DNA of 64,000 nt from an uncultured Cloacibacterium sp. (GTDB lineage: Bacteria; Bacteroidota; Bacteroidia; Flavobacteriales; Weeksellaceae): contig CAZHCK010000001.1 in the NCBI GenBank assembly GCA_964530915.1, forward strand, positions 4,012 through 68,011, written 5' to 3'. A program made the translations under genes and the position numbers. The notes under the pieces are model-generated. The model saw only the letters and a program-made list of their open reading frames with translations. It had not been told where the DNA came from and made no database searches. Positions 28,786 to 39,070 of the stretch are shown one piece after another. Positions within the stretch are counted from its first letter, which is position 1. Every line of letters starts with the position of its first letter.

Positions 28786-30087
28786 ATGAAAACTTTATGG
28801 ATTAAAGCCGCTGTTCTTTCAACTGTATTAACAAGCACAGCTTTCTATGCGCAAGAATCTGATATGAGAGATTATCTTGCACCTGAAAAAACTACAAGAA
28901 ACGTATTCGAAGACCCTAAAGTAGAAGCTCCTGAATACAATGGAGTGAAAGTAAGCATTGGTGGTGATTTCGCATTACAATTCCAATCTCTAGACCACAG
29001 CACAAAAGGAACTACCGCTGCTCCTCTTGTAACTATGGGATCTGACTTTAACTTACCAACTGCTAACTTAGACATTAATGCTTATTTAGCTAAAGGTGTT
29101 AAAATGCACTTAAGAACTTATCTTTCTGCAAGACACCATAACGAAGCATGGGTAAAAGGTGGTTACATTCAAATTGATAACTTAGATTTCATTTCTCAAG
29201 GATTCTTAGGTGGTCTTATGAAAAATGCTAGAGTTAAAATCGGTATGGATGAATTAAACTATGGTGACTCTCACTTCAGAAGAACTGATAACGCTGAAGC
29301 GATTAACAACCCATTCGTAGAAAATAACATCATGGACTCTTTCACCACTCAAGCTTTCGGTGAAGTTTATTACTACACTAATGGATTCATGGGTATGGTT
29401 GGTGCATCTAACGGTAAATTAAACCAATCTGCTGTAAAAGGAACAAGTGATAACGCTCCTTCTATCTATGCAAAACTTGCTTATGACAAACAACTTAGCG
29501 AAGATTTAAGATTCAGACTTTCTGGTTCAGTAATCAAAACTAACGGTTTAAATACTAACGGTAAATTATTTGGTGATGACAGAGCTGGTTCTAGATACTA
29601 TTATGTATTATTAACTACAGCTGATGCTATGGGAACTTCTAACCCTTCAACTGGTAGATTTAACCCTGGTTTCCAAGAATTAACTGCTTTCCAAATTAAC
29701 CCATTCGTTAAATATCAAGGTTTAGAATTCTTCGGTACTTACGAACATGTTTCAGGTAACAAAATTGTAAACGCTACTACTAAGAGAGATTCTGATGGTT
29801 CTTACAACCAAATCGTAGCTGAATTACTTTACAGATTCGGTGGAAAAGAACAATTCTATGTAGGTACTAAATATAACACTGTAAGTGGTAAAGATTATGA
29901 CGGTGCTGCTGAAAGAAAAATCGATCGTTTCAACTTAGCTGGTGGTTGGTTCATGACTAAAAACATTATGGCTAAATTAGAATACGTAAACCAAACTTAC
30001 GATAAGAGTGCAGCTTGGGGTACAACTTCAGCACTTTACGGAGGTAAATTTAACGGTGTAGTTTTCGAAGCTACAATTGGATTCTAA
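28786..30087 (+). CDS. Outer-membrane beta-barrel (porin-like) protein
   Basis: Signal peptide, alternating amphipathic strands, terminal aromatic residue (FEATIGF), high-expression codon bias. Confidence 0.75.
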   Translation: MKTLWIKAAVLSTVLTSTAFYAQESDMRDYLAPEKTTRNVFEDPKVEAPEYNGVKVSIGGDFALQFQSLDHSTKGTTAAPLVTMGSDFNLPTANLDINAYLAKGVKMHLRTYLSARHHNEAWVKGGYIQIDNLDFISQGFLGGLMKNARVKIGMDELNYGDSHFRRTDNAEAINNPFVENNIMDSFTTQAFGEVYYYTNGFMGMVGASNGKLNQSAVKGTSDNAPSIYAKLAYDKQLSEDLRFRLSGSVIKTNGLNTNGKLFGDDRAGSRYYYVLLTTADAMGTSNPSTGRFNPGFQELTAFQINPFVKYQGLEFFGTYEHVSGNKIVNATTKRDSDGSYNQIVAELLYRFGGKEQFYVGTKYNTVSGKDYDGAAERKIDRFNLAGGWFMTKNIMAKLEYVNQTYDKSAAWGTTSALYGGKFNGVVFEATIGF

Positions 30088-30217
30088 TAATCTAAAATCG
30101 AAATATTGAAGAAAGAAAGGGGCATCTATTGCCCCTTTTTTAATGATAAAAATCAAAAATTTTCAACTGTATTTTTTCGTAATTTTATAGTATAAAAACA
30201 ACTTAAAAATTATAAAA

Positions 30218-30751
30218 ATGAAAACGCTATCTACAGTGCTTAAAACAGCGGTTTTGTTATTATCTCTCAACGTATCAGCACAAGAAAAAACTTCTTCCGT
30301 AAGCATTAATGGCACTACAAATGTCAATACTTTTAAATGTGTAAATAACAGTTTCCATCAGCTTGTTCCATTATCACTTAACCATTCTAGTGATAACAAA
30401 TTTGCAGAAACTTCCATCAATCTTATTGTAAAAGATTTCGATTGTAGAAACAGAATCATGACGAATGATTTTAGAGATATTATTCACGCAGAAAAATATC
30501 CTTTTCTAAACATCACTTTTTTATCTTTAGACAAAAAAGACCATAACACTTACAAAGCTTTTGTACAAGTAAAAATGATGAATAAAGTAAAAAAATATTC
30601 TTTAGACCTTGTTTTAAAGGATTCAGCTTTAGTAGGAAACAAAACCCTTCGTTTTAGCGAGTTTGATATTGTTCCACCTAAGAAATTTGGCGGAATGGTA
30701 AGTGTAAAAGATGACTTAAACTTAGCAGTAAGTCTTAAAGTAAAAGACTAA
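30218..30751 (+). CDS. YceI-like protein
   Basis: Signal peptide; INGTTNVNTFKC, FDCRNRIMTNDF, EKYP, FSEFDIVPP. Confidence 0.7.
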   Translation: MKTLSTVLKTAVLLLSLNVSAQEKTSSVSINGTTNVNTFKCVNNSFHQLVPLSLNHSSDNKFAETSINLIVKDFDCRNRIMTNDFRDIIHAEKYPFLNITFLSLDKKDHNTYKAFVQVKMMNKVKKYSLDLVLKDSALVGNKTLRFSEFDIVPPKKFGGMVSVKDDLNLAVSLKVKD

Positions 30752-30982
30752 ATATTAATTTTTCTTAACATAAGCGCATGAAAATGATTTATTTCTTAAT
30801 TTTAGAATACACAAATCACTTATCCCATGCACAAAAAACAAACACACTCCAAAAGATTTAAAGTAAGAATTAAATTTCCACCGAAAAGAATTCAGAAAAA
30901 TTATAAAAATTGATTTTTTGATTGAGACACACGCTCTTCAAAAAATCAATTTTCTTTTATAGACAATTCTAAAACAGTTGAT

Positions 30983-31663
30983 TTAATTCTGATAATGCTG
31001 AAATATTCCTTTATCAGAAGCCGTCCAAAATGCGGCTTTTTGCCCCGAAATTTTCAGAGCTTCATTCGTCCAAGTATTGCAGGTAAATAAGAAACTATAA
31101 CTACCTTTTGCTTCGTAAAAGGAATCATTTTTACCATAAACTGCTTTCGTTTGAATGTTGATGTAATTTCCTTCAGCATTTTTATCCATAGCATCATCAA
31201 TAAACTTTATCAATTTCTGATATTGCGCTGAAGTCATCTCTAATTTCTTACAATCTTCCCCTAGCTTCATTTCCTTATAAAAAGTAGTATGAATCGCACT
31301 ATTTCCTAACCAAAAAGCTGCTTTGAAAGCCGTAGAAAATTTTAAATCTGCCCAAGTTGGCGTATCCAGATAAAATCCTTTATCTCCCCAACCAATCGCG
31401 ATGTATCTCAAAGTAGAATCTTTGGCAACCGTATCTTCGTAAGGAAATTTCTGACTCCAGTCTATTTCTTTTGATTTTACAGGGAAAACCAAATCCGTAT
31501 GAACTCCATTGGTCAAAATATATGCTTCTACATTTTTGGGTTCACTGGTTTTTTCCGCAGGAATTTCTATAAAAGGTAATAAATATGCGCTCAACAAATA
31601 CAAAGCTACCAATCCAACAGTAGAAACAACGGTTTTCAATAAAATTTTAAAGAATTTCTTCAT
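30983..31663 (-). CDS. TIGR02117 family protein
   Basis: NGVHTDLV, IGWGDKGFYL.TPTW.DL, TCNTWTN. Confidence 0.85.
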   Translation of the reverse strand: MKKFFKILLKTVVSTVGLVALYLLSAYLLPFIEIPAEKTSEPKNVEAYILTNGVHTDLVFPVKSKEIDWSQKFPYEDTVAKDSTLRYIAIGWGDKGFYLDTPTWADLKFSTAFKAAFWLGNSAIHTTFYKEMKLGEDCKKLEMTSAQYQKLIKFIDDAMDKNAEGNYINIQTKAVYGKNDSFYEAKGSYSFLFTCNTWTNEALKISGQKAAFWTASDKGIFQHYQN

Positions 31664-31758
31664 GATATTTTTTTCTCGAAGATAAAGGTAAGCGAAAAAT
31701 TAAAATTGTAAATGCTCCGAAAAAGCTTTGTAAAAAATTATTTCTTATTTTACAAAAC

Positions 31759-32694
31759 TTACAAAGAATGATCATTCAAGAAGTTAATATTACGCATCAA
31801 TCCAGAAAACTTGGTTCTTTTGACCGCAGATTTTTTAAAAATTTCAGAAAAGAGTTCTTGAGTAAGTTCCTTCCATTCGTTTTTTCTAAAATTCAATTTT
31901 TGGAAATTAGGTGCAAATTTTTCCTGCAAAGTAGGTGCAGAAAATCGGTTCCACGGACAAACATCTTGACAAACATCACAACCAAAAATCCAATCATCCA
32001 TTTTTCCGTTAAAATAATCTGGAATTTCATTTTTCAACTCAATCGTAGCGTAAGAAATACACTTGCTTCCATCTACTATTCTATCCGAAACAATTGCTTG
32101 AGTAGGACAAGCATCTATACACGCTCTGCAACTCCCGCAATGATCTGTAACCGCCAAATCATACTCTAGCTCTAAATCACAAATAATTTCTGCTAAAAAA
32201 TAAAAAGAACCATGCTTTTTGGTAATCAAATTCGCATTTTTCCCAACCCAACCTAAACCAGATTTTCTAGCCCAAGCTTTTTCTAGAACAGGAGCAGAAT
32301 CTACAAAAACTCTGAAACCAAAGTCACCAATTTCTTCCTGCAGCTCAGTCACCATTCCTTTTAAAATATCTTTAATGACTTCATGGTAATCTTCTCCGTA
32401 GGCATATTTAGAAATTTTGAAATTATTGATTTCATCTATTTTTACTTTAGGAAAATAATTATAAGAAAGCGAAATGACAGATTTTGCACCATCTACCAAA
32501 AGTGTAGGATTCAACCTTTTGTCGAAATGATTTTCCATGTATTTCATTTCGCCGTGATAGCCTTTATTAAGCCATGCTTCAAGCCGTGGCGCTTCCTCTT
32601 CCAAAAATTCTGCTTTAGAAATTCCACAAGATTGAAACCCGAATTTTTCGGCTTTTTGCTTAATTATTTTGGTATGATTTATAGTCTGTAACAT
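31759..32694 (-). CDS. queG: Epoxyqueuosine reductase
   Basis: [56 protein letters not shown]. Confidence 0.95.
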   Translation of the reverse strand: MLQTINHTKIIKQKAEKFGFQSCGISKAEFLEEEAPRLEAWLNKGYHGEMKYMENHFDKRLNPTLLVDGAKSVISLSYNYFPKVKIDEINNFKISKYAYGEDYHEVIKDILKGMVTELQEEIGDFGFRVFVDSAPVLEKAWARKSGLGWVGKNANLITKKHGSFYFLAEIICDLELEYDLAVTDHCGSCRACIDACPTQAIVSDRIVDGSKCISYATIELKNEIPDYFNGKMDDWIFGCDVCQDVCPWNRFSAPTLQEKFAPNFQKLNFRKNEWKELTQELFSEIFKKSAVKRTKFSGLMRNINFLNDHSL

Positions 32695-32771
32695 AAATTA
32701 CAGTGCGAAGTTAAGTTTTTTTCTATTTTTGCCCTGTAAAAATGAATTAATAATAATTAAAAAAATAAAAA

Positions 32772-33065
32772 ATGACTTTTGAAGAAATTTTAAATTCAGG
32801 TGAATATCACTTAATCGACGTAAGACAACCCGCAGAATTACAGATGGATGGCGCAATAGAAGGCGCTGTAAATATACCTTTAGCAACTATTCCTTTAAGA
32901 CTAGACGAAATCAAGGAAATGAAAGGCCCAAAAATCATTTTCTGTAGAAGTGGAGGAAGAAGCGGACAAGCTTGCCAATTTCTAGCTCAAAATGGCTTAG
33001 AGAACATCTATAACGGTGGTGGTTTTATGCAATTACATGCTGCATTAGAGCATTATAAAAAATAA
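32772..33065 (+). CDS. Rhodanese-like domain protein
   Basis: LIDVR, NIPL, FCRSGGRS. Confidence 0.88.
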   Translation: MTFEEILNSGEYHLIDVRQPAELQMDGAIEGAVNIPLATIPLRLDEIKEMKGPKIIFCRSGGRSGQACQFLAQNGLENIYNGGGFMQLHAALEHYKK

Positions 33066-33094
33066 TAAATCAGAGTTTTCATATTTTTTTGTAC

Positions 33095-33169
33095 AACCAG
33101 CGCTCCCAAATTGGGAGCGCTGGTTTTGTTTTGACGAACGCTTTTAGGGTTTAAAACCCTGAAAGCGTT
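33095..33169. terminator. Two adjacent palindromes between convergent genes
   Basis: aaccagcgctcccaaattgggagcgctggtt and aacgcttttagggtttaaaaccctgaaagcgtt. Confidence 0.65.
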
Positions 33170-33190
33170 TTTTTATTTCTATCAAAATTT

Positions 33191-34123
33191 TTAAAATTTA
33201 GAAAAATCCGCATCCTCAAACTCTTTCAATAATTTTTGAAAAACTTGTTCTACCGTTAAAATCTCATCTATTAAAGCAGAAGATTGCCCAATTTCTAACT
33301 CACCTTCTTCTAAATCTCCTTCGAACATTCCACGTTTTGCTCTTCGTTTCCCGAGTTTTTCCTGCAAAGCTTCAATATCTTTTCCTTCTTTGTAAATTTC
33401 TTCTAATTCATAGAAAAATTTATTTTTCACCAAACGAACTGGCGCCAATTCTTTTAAAGTCAATTGCGTATCACCTTCCTGAGTTTCCACAATTTTTTGT
33501 TTCCAATTTTCATGAGCGCTTGCTTCTACGGTTGCGGCAAATCTGGAACCGATTTGAACAGCATCAGCTCCCAGAATCATCGCAGCTTTCATTTGACTTC
33601 CTACCGCAATTCCTCCTGCTGCAATGAGTGGAATTTCTATATTTCTTCGAACATTGGGAATCAGAGAAAGTGTGGTAGTTTCTTCTCTTCCATTATGTCC
33701 TCCTGCTTCAAATCCTTCTGCTACAACTGCGTCTACTCCTGCTTCTTGGCATTTTTTTGCAAATTTTACAGAAGATACTACATGCGCAACTTTTCTGCCT
33801 TCTTTTTTTAGAATTTCAGTATACGTTTTCGGATTTCCAGCCGATGTAAAAACGATAGGAACTTTTTCTTCTAGAATAATTTGAATAATCTCTTCAATAT
33901 TAGGATACAACATGGGAACATTTACCCCAAAAGGTTTGTCCGTAGCGAGTTTACATTTCTGAATATGCTCTCTCAAAACATCTGGATACATGCTTCCTGC
34001 GCCAATTAAACCCAATCCACCAGCATTAGAAACCGCAGCAGCGAGTTTATAACCAGAATGCCAAATCATTCCTCCTTGAATAATGGGATATTTAATATTA
34101 AAAAGTTGAGTAATTCTGTTCAT
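33191..34123 (-). CDS. Nitronate monooxygenase / FabK-like flavin oxidoreductase
   Basis: PIIQGGM, VSNAGGLG, EGFEAGGHNG, IAAGGI, GADAVQIGSRF. Confidence 0.88.
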   Translation of the reverse strand: MNRITQLFNIKYPIIQGGMIWHSGYKLAAAVSNAGGLGLIGAGSMYPDVLREHIQKCKLATDKPFGVNVPMLYPNIEEIIQIILEEKVPIVFTSAGNPKTYTEILKKEGRKVAHVVSSVKFAKKCQEAGVDAVVAEGFEAGGHNGREETTTLSLIPNVRRNIEIPLIAAGGIAVGSQMKAAMILGADAVQIGSRFAATVEASAHENWKQKIVETQEGDTQLTLKELAPVRLVKNKFFYELEEIYKEGKDIEALQEKLGKRRAKRGMFEGDLEEGELEIGQSSALIDEILTVEQVFQKLLKEFEDADFSKF

Positions 34124-34166
34124 GAATTTTTTTGTTTAAAGATAAGATTTTTTAAAATTAATTATG

Positions 34167-34360
34167 TTCTTTTCCTTGATGAAAAGAACCCAAAATCAAG
34201 ACTACACTTTCTTCGGCTAAAATTAAAAATAAAATCCTAAAATCCCTGAACTCTCTCGTCATACTGACGAGCTCAAACAGCAGTAATTTTTAACGGATTT
34301 TATTTTCAATTTCTATACGCCTTCGAAACTGAGGTCATTAAAAAAAATCTTCGATTTTTA
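34167..34360. repeat. About 195-bp structured intergenic repeat, copy 1
   Basis: Homologous to 57333-57528; hairpins ttcttttc/gaaaagaa and ctcgtca/tgacgag; long-range stems. Confidence 0.85.
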
Positions 34361-34436
34361 TTGTTAAAATCTAAATCCATTTAAAATAAAAAATCCCGAA
34401 AAATTTCGGGATTTTTATAGTTGAAAATTTCTAAAA

Positions 34437-35801
34437 TTATTTTACGATTGCCGCTTTGTTCCAATCGGTTTTAAACTGGCAATCTTTGTAACGATTGTCT
34501 AATGAGATAAAAGTATCTGCTAGATTTTCTTTTACCCATTTTTCTAAAACTTCATTTTTCTTTTTGTTTAGGGCAAAACTTTTAATTCTTTCGAAATCTG
34601 TAGCAATATCTAGAGAATGTTCAGGAATTATGTCATTCACTTTCATTAATACTACCGCTTTTTTCTGATTGAGTTCATCCATGAAAACTTCTGTTAAATC
34701 TCCTTTATTTACCCCTGCAATTTGATAAGCAACAGTTGCTGGAAGATTAATTTTTTCTTGTCTGTCTGAACCATCTTCCGCTGGAATTACCCCAGCATTA
34801 AACTTGGTATTTTTATCATCAGAATGTTTGTAAGCAGCATCTTTGAAAGTAGTTTTTCCTTCAAGGATATCTTTTCTAATTTGTTCCATTTCTGCTTTTG
34901 CAGTGGCAATTTCTTCAGCATTTGGCTCTGCTTTTAAAAGAATATGTCTTGCATCGTACAATTTACCTGATTTTTTCACCAATTGAATGATATGGAAACC
35001 AAATTCAGATTCTACAGGATCAGAAATTTCTCCTTCTTGAAGATTAAGCGCAGTAGCTTCGAAAATTTTCACCATTTTCCCTCTTCCGATGTTGGTATAC
35101 AAACCACCATTTGCAGCTGAACCTGGGTCATCAGAATAGATTCTCGCTTTATTTTCAAAAGTTTCTCCGTTTAAGATATCTTGTTTGATTTTTTTAAGTT
35201 TATCAATGATTTCTTGCTTGTGCGCATCTGTAAGTTTAGGAAACATTACAATTTTAGAAAGCACTACCTCATCTTTTACTTGTGGCAACTGGTATTTGAA
35301 GGCGTTGTAAAAATCGGTTACTTCATTAGGCGTGATATTTACTTTATCTGTGATTAGCGCATATTTAGCTTGACCATAATAGTTATCAACATCCATTTTC
35401 TCAATCACGTTTTTCATTTCGTAAGAAGAACGGAATTTATAAGCATCTAACATAGCTCTTTCTGAAGGGAACTGAGATAAAATCTGATTGTATTTATCAC
35501 CAGCTTGTGCTCTAATCGCAGCGGTTCTGTCTTGAATAAGAGTATCTTTTTTCGCTTTGTAAATTAAAAGTTTATTGCTCAAAATCTGCTCCATAAATTC
35601 GCATTTATTGGTTTGTGCAGCACCTTGTTGAATAGCGTAATTTTGTTGTTCTAAAATATCAGATTCTAATACGATTTCGTCTCCTACCACTGCAGAAATC
35701 CCATCTACTAAATCTCCTTTTTTCACTTGTGCATTTGCATTAAAAGAAATGAGCGTTACCAAAAAACTCAATGCAAATAAATATTTCATGTTTTTAATCA
35801 T
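34437..35801 (-). CDS. surA: SurA-like peptidyl-prolyl isomerase
   Basis: DGISAVVGDEIVL, YSDDPGS..NGG, PVESEFGFHII, parvulin domains. Confidence 0.85.
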   Translation of the reverse strand: MIKNMKYLFALSFLVTLISFNANAQVKKGDLVDGISAVVGDEIVLESDILEQQNYAIQQGAAQTNKCEFMEQILSNKLLIYKAKKDTLIQDRTAAIRAQAGDKYNQILSQFPSERAMLDAYKFRSSYEMKNVIEKMDVDNYYGQAKYALITDKVNITPNEVTDFYNAFKYQLPQVKDEVVLSKIVMFPKLTDAHKQEIIDKLKKIKQDILNGETFENKARIYSDDPGSAANGGLYTNIGRGKMVKIFEATALNLQEGEISDPVESEFGFHIIQLVKKSGKLYDARHILLKAEPNAEEIATAKAEMEQIRKDILEGKTTFKDAAYKHSDDKNTKFNAGVIPAEDGSDRQEKINLPATVAYQIAGVNKGDLTEVFMDELNQKKAVVLMKVNDIIPEHSLDIATDFERIKSFALNKKKNEVLEKWVKENLADTFISLDNRYKDCQFKTDWNKAAIVK

Positions 35802-35868
35802 TGTTAAATTTTTAACTGATTTGCAAAATTATGATTCTCTGCGAGATTTCCTATAATTTTTATTATAA

Positions 35869-37695
35869 TTATTTCTTAAAATTCTTCTCAAGTTCAGCAT
35901 TAAAACTTGGTTCTATTACAATTTTTGTTTTCTGACGTTGTTCTGCAATCGTTTTTGCTAAAATATCTTCTCTTACATCTGCTTTTAATTCTTCCATGGC
36001 TTCTTCTTTGGTCATCGGTGAACTCGGTAAAATTCCATCAATAGCGATGATGAGCAATCTCTCTCCCAGTTTCACTTTTTGAATCCCTTTTTCGAAAGGA
36101 ACTTTATTCACTTGGAAAACTTCTGCATTTTCAGACATTTCTCCTTTTTCGAAATGCACCATGAGTTGCTGCTTATCATTCAGTTTTCCGTAATATTTTT
36201 TATTAAGAGCGTCCCAATTTTTAGCATCTTTAATTTCTTTGGTGATGTCTTTTTCTATGCTTAAATCGGTTAAAATCGCCACTCTTGCATCGGCTCTTTT
36301 TTCCCAAATATATTTTTGTTGATTTTTTTGAAAATAATCATCCAATAATTCTGGCTTATTGGTGAGTTCCTTTTCAATCCACTCACTGAAAAGAAAATCT
36401 GCCAATAAGTTTTGTTGAGTTTTTAATAGTTGCTCTTTAATTTCTGGCTTTTTGACAAAATCTCTAGAATAAACGGCAAAAACATCATTTCCTCTCTTAG
36501 AATCAAGGAAAGCAGACCATTGTTCTTTTGTTAATTTATCAGCATTTTTAAAATTTTCTGACAACAGTGTTTTCAAATCACCAAAAGTGAAAGTATCTTT
36601 ATTGAATTGATACAGAACCGCTTTATCATTTTTAAAAGCTAAATAATCCTGATATGATTTCTTAATTTTTTTGAAATCTGGGAATTCTTTGTAATCTGTA
36701 GATTTAACCAAAGATTCTATCAATTTATTATACGCTACATCTGCAAAAGGCGAATCCATCATGTCTCTAATGAACATAGGATTGTATTTTTCTGAACTTT
36801 GATAAGGAACCACCGAATAAAGGTTGAACACAAAATATTTTTCGCCAATTAAAATAGGTTCGGTGTATTCTCCTTGCTTTTTATTTTTGAAAGCTTCATA
36901 AACTACGTCTGGCAAAACCGGAGAACCCATTACTACACCTGCATTTTTCTTTTCAGCTTCTGTAGAACCGTATAATTGTGCTACTTCCTCGAATTTTTTC
37001 CCTGATTTCAGCGTATCAAAAATTTGAGATTTCATTTTTTCTGATTCCTCATTTTTAGGATAAGAAATCATTCCAAAAATGATATAACCTAATGAAGGTC
37101 TTCTGTCTACCAACTTAGCAAAAGCAGCAACTGTAGCGCTATTTACCAATTGTGTAAACTGACCAGGCTGCAAAAGTTCTAGTTGCTTGTTCAGTTCTAC
37201 ATCTACATTGCCAGATTTTACAAAAAATGGTTCTGGTTTCTGTTTAGTATAATCTATAATCGCTTTTTCTAAGGTAATTTTACCCGATTTTACATCATTA
37301 TAAATTTGATTGTAATCATTTTTATCGTCAGCTGTTTTTTCTACATAGAAAACCTGAATTTTCTTTTCAATCAAGTTGGATGAAAAATACTGCTGAAGCG
37401 AAGACTGCATGATTTCTTTAGGATAAAAAGTCTCTTCTCTAAGTTGTTGCTCTTTTTCGGCCATTGTTTTCTTGAAATAACCTAAAGTGTCTGCTTTTTT
37501 TTCTAAAGCAAAATTCTGGAGCAACTTGAAATCTACATACGTTTTCACGGTATTTTCTATACCAGAATTTTCTAAACCATATTTATTTTCGGTTTTGAAT
37601 TTATCTACAGAAATACTGTCTTTTCCTATAATAAGATACTGTGATTGATAGCTTACAAAAGCTAAAAAGAGGACTAAACTTAAAGTTTTTTTCAT
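35869..37695 (-). CDS. Peptidyl-prolyl isomerase (PpiC-type), periplasmic
   Basis: Signal peptide at MKKTLSLV; KKFEEVAQLYGS parvulin motif; co-oriented with surA. Confidence 0.75.
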   Translation of the reverse strand: MKKTLSLVLFLAFVSYQSQYLIIGKDSISVDKFKTENKYGLENSGIENTVKTYVDFKLLQNFALEKKADTLGYFKKTMAEKEQQLREETFYPKEIMQSSLQQYFSSNLIEKKIQVFYVEKTADDKNDYNQIYNDVKSGKITLEKAIIDYTKQKPEPFFVKSGNVDVELNKQLELLQPGQFTQLVNSATVAAFAKLVDRRPSLGYIIFGMISYPKNEESEKMKSQIFDTLKSGKKFEEVAQLYGSTEAEKKNAGVVMGSPVLPDVVYEAFKNKKQGEYTEPILIGEKYFVFNLYSVVPYQSSEKYNPMFIRDMMDSPFADVAYNKLIESLVKSTDYKEFPDFKKIKKSYQDYLAFKNDKAVLYQFNKDTFTFGDLKTLLSENFKNADKLTKEQWSAFLDSKRGNDVFAVYSRDFVKKPEIKEQLLKTQQNLLADFLFSEWIEKELTNKPELLDDYFQKNQQKYIWEKRADARVAILTDLSIEKDITKEIKDAKNWDALNKKYYGKLNDKQQLMVHFEKGEMSENAEVFQVNKVPFEKGIQKVKLGERLLIIAIDGILPSSPMTKEEAMEELKADVREDILAKTIAEQRQKTKIVIEPSFNAELEKNFKK

Positions 37696-37843
37696 GTTTT
37701 CTTCAATTTTCATTTGCATTTGGAAATCATAACGTTCATCTTTCCAAAAATTTACAGCCTCAAAGCTAAAAAAAATCCCTTTCAAATAAAATTTAAAAGG
37801 GAGTTAATTATTTCTTAAAATTATTTTTGGAATCTAAATTTTA

Positions 37844-37995
37844 TAAAACGCAAATATTTTATTAATCCTATGGATAATTTTTAGGGAGCAAAGAATACGA
37901 ATAAATTCGTTTTAAGCGTTCGCTTTATCAATTCGCTAGCGAATCTAGCTTTGCTCTCTTGATATTTTATTTTAATTTTATAAACTTTGCGTTTA
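37844..37995. repeat. MITE/REP-like multi-palindromic element, copy 2
   Basis: aaacgcaaa / tttgcgttt ends; core gagcaaag..acgaataaattcgt..attcgctagcgaat..ctttgct shared with 5019-5181. Confidence 0.8.
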
Positions 37996-38039
37996 ATAAA
38001 AGTTGAAAATTCATGGTAATCTGCGTTTTCAAAACGTTT

Positions 38040-38960
38040 TTAAAGTTTCACTTCGAAAGTGGTGAGTTCTTTAAATTGTTTTATTCTGCCAATCATTTCG
38101 GCTTCTGAAACCTCTTCTAAACGCTGAGTTCCGAATTTTTCTACCGTAAAACTTGCCATTGCAGAACCTACAATTAATGCAGATTTCATTTCTTCGAAAG
38201 TAAATTCTTGTTTTTTAGTCAAATACGCTGCAAAACCACCTGCGAAAGTATCTCCAGCTCCAGTTGGATCAAAAACTTCTTCTAATGGCAATGCTGGAAT
38301 TGCGAAGATTTTACCATCATTAAATAACAATGCTCCGTGTTCTCCTTTTTTGATAATCACGAATTCTGGTCCCATATCGTGGATTTTTTGCGCTGCTTTT
38401 ACCAAAGAATATTCTCCAGAAAGTTGACGCGCTTCTTCATCATTAATGGTAATAACGTCTGTTTTAGCAATTACTTCCATCAATAAATCCCAAGTAAGAT
38501 CCATCCAAAAATTCATGGTATCTAAAATGACCAATTCTGGACGTTTTTCCATTCTATCTAACACCGCTAATTGCACAGCAGGATGCAGATTTCCTAAAAG
38601 TAAAACTTCAGCATCTTTTGCAGATTCTGGAATTTTTGGGTCGAAATTCTCTAGAACATTCAGTTCTGTAGCTAAAGTATCTCTAGAATTAAGGTCGTTA
38701 TGGTATTTACCACTCCAGAAAAATGTTTTTCCATCCTTAATCATTTCTACTCCATCGATATTGATTCCTTTAGAAGTCATCATATCTAAATAGTGCTGTG
38801 GAAAATCTCCACCAATCACCGAAACCAAACTCACGTCTGTTTTCATTACAGAAGCGGCTAAACCTATATAAGTAGCTGCTCCTCCTAAAATTTTATCAGT
38901 TTTACCAAAAGGCGTTTCTATGGCATCAAATGCTACAGTTCCTACTGCTAATAATTTCAT
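38040..38960 (-). CDS. PfkB family carbohydrate/nucleoside kinase
   Basis: GGAATY, INDEEA, KKGEHG, DPTGAGDTFAGG. Confidence 0.9.
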   Translation of the reverse strand: MKLLAVGTVAFDAIETPFGKTDKILGGAATYIGLAASVMKTDVSLVSVIGGDFPQHYLDMMTSKGINIDGVEMIKDGKTFFWSGKYHNDLNSRDTLATELNVLENFDPKIPESAKDAEVLLLGNLHPAVQLAVLDRMEKRPELVILDTMNFWMDLTWDLLMEVIAKTDVITINDEEARQLSGEYSLVKAAQKIHDMGPEFVIIKKGEHGALLFNDGKIFAIPALPLEEVFDPTGAGDTFAGGFAAYLTKKQEFTFEEMKSALIVGSAMASFTVEKFGTQRLEEVSEAEMIGRIKQFKELTTFEVKL

Positions 38961-39000
38961 ATGTAGATATTATTTATTGTTTTTTATATATTATTTTTTT

Positions 39001-39067
39001 CTCTCCTTCTCTCCCATTCTCCAACTCTAAAACTCTCCCATTCTCCAACTCTAACACTCTCCCACTC
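39001..39067. repeat. Pyrimidine-rich tandem array (24-bp unit) downstream of gldD
   Basis: ctctcccattctccaactctaa at 39009 and 39033, partial third at 39057. Confidence 0.75.
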
Positions 39068-39070
39068 AAA

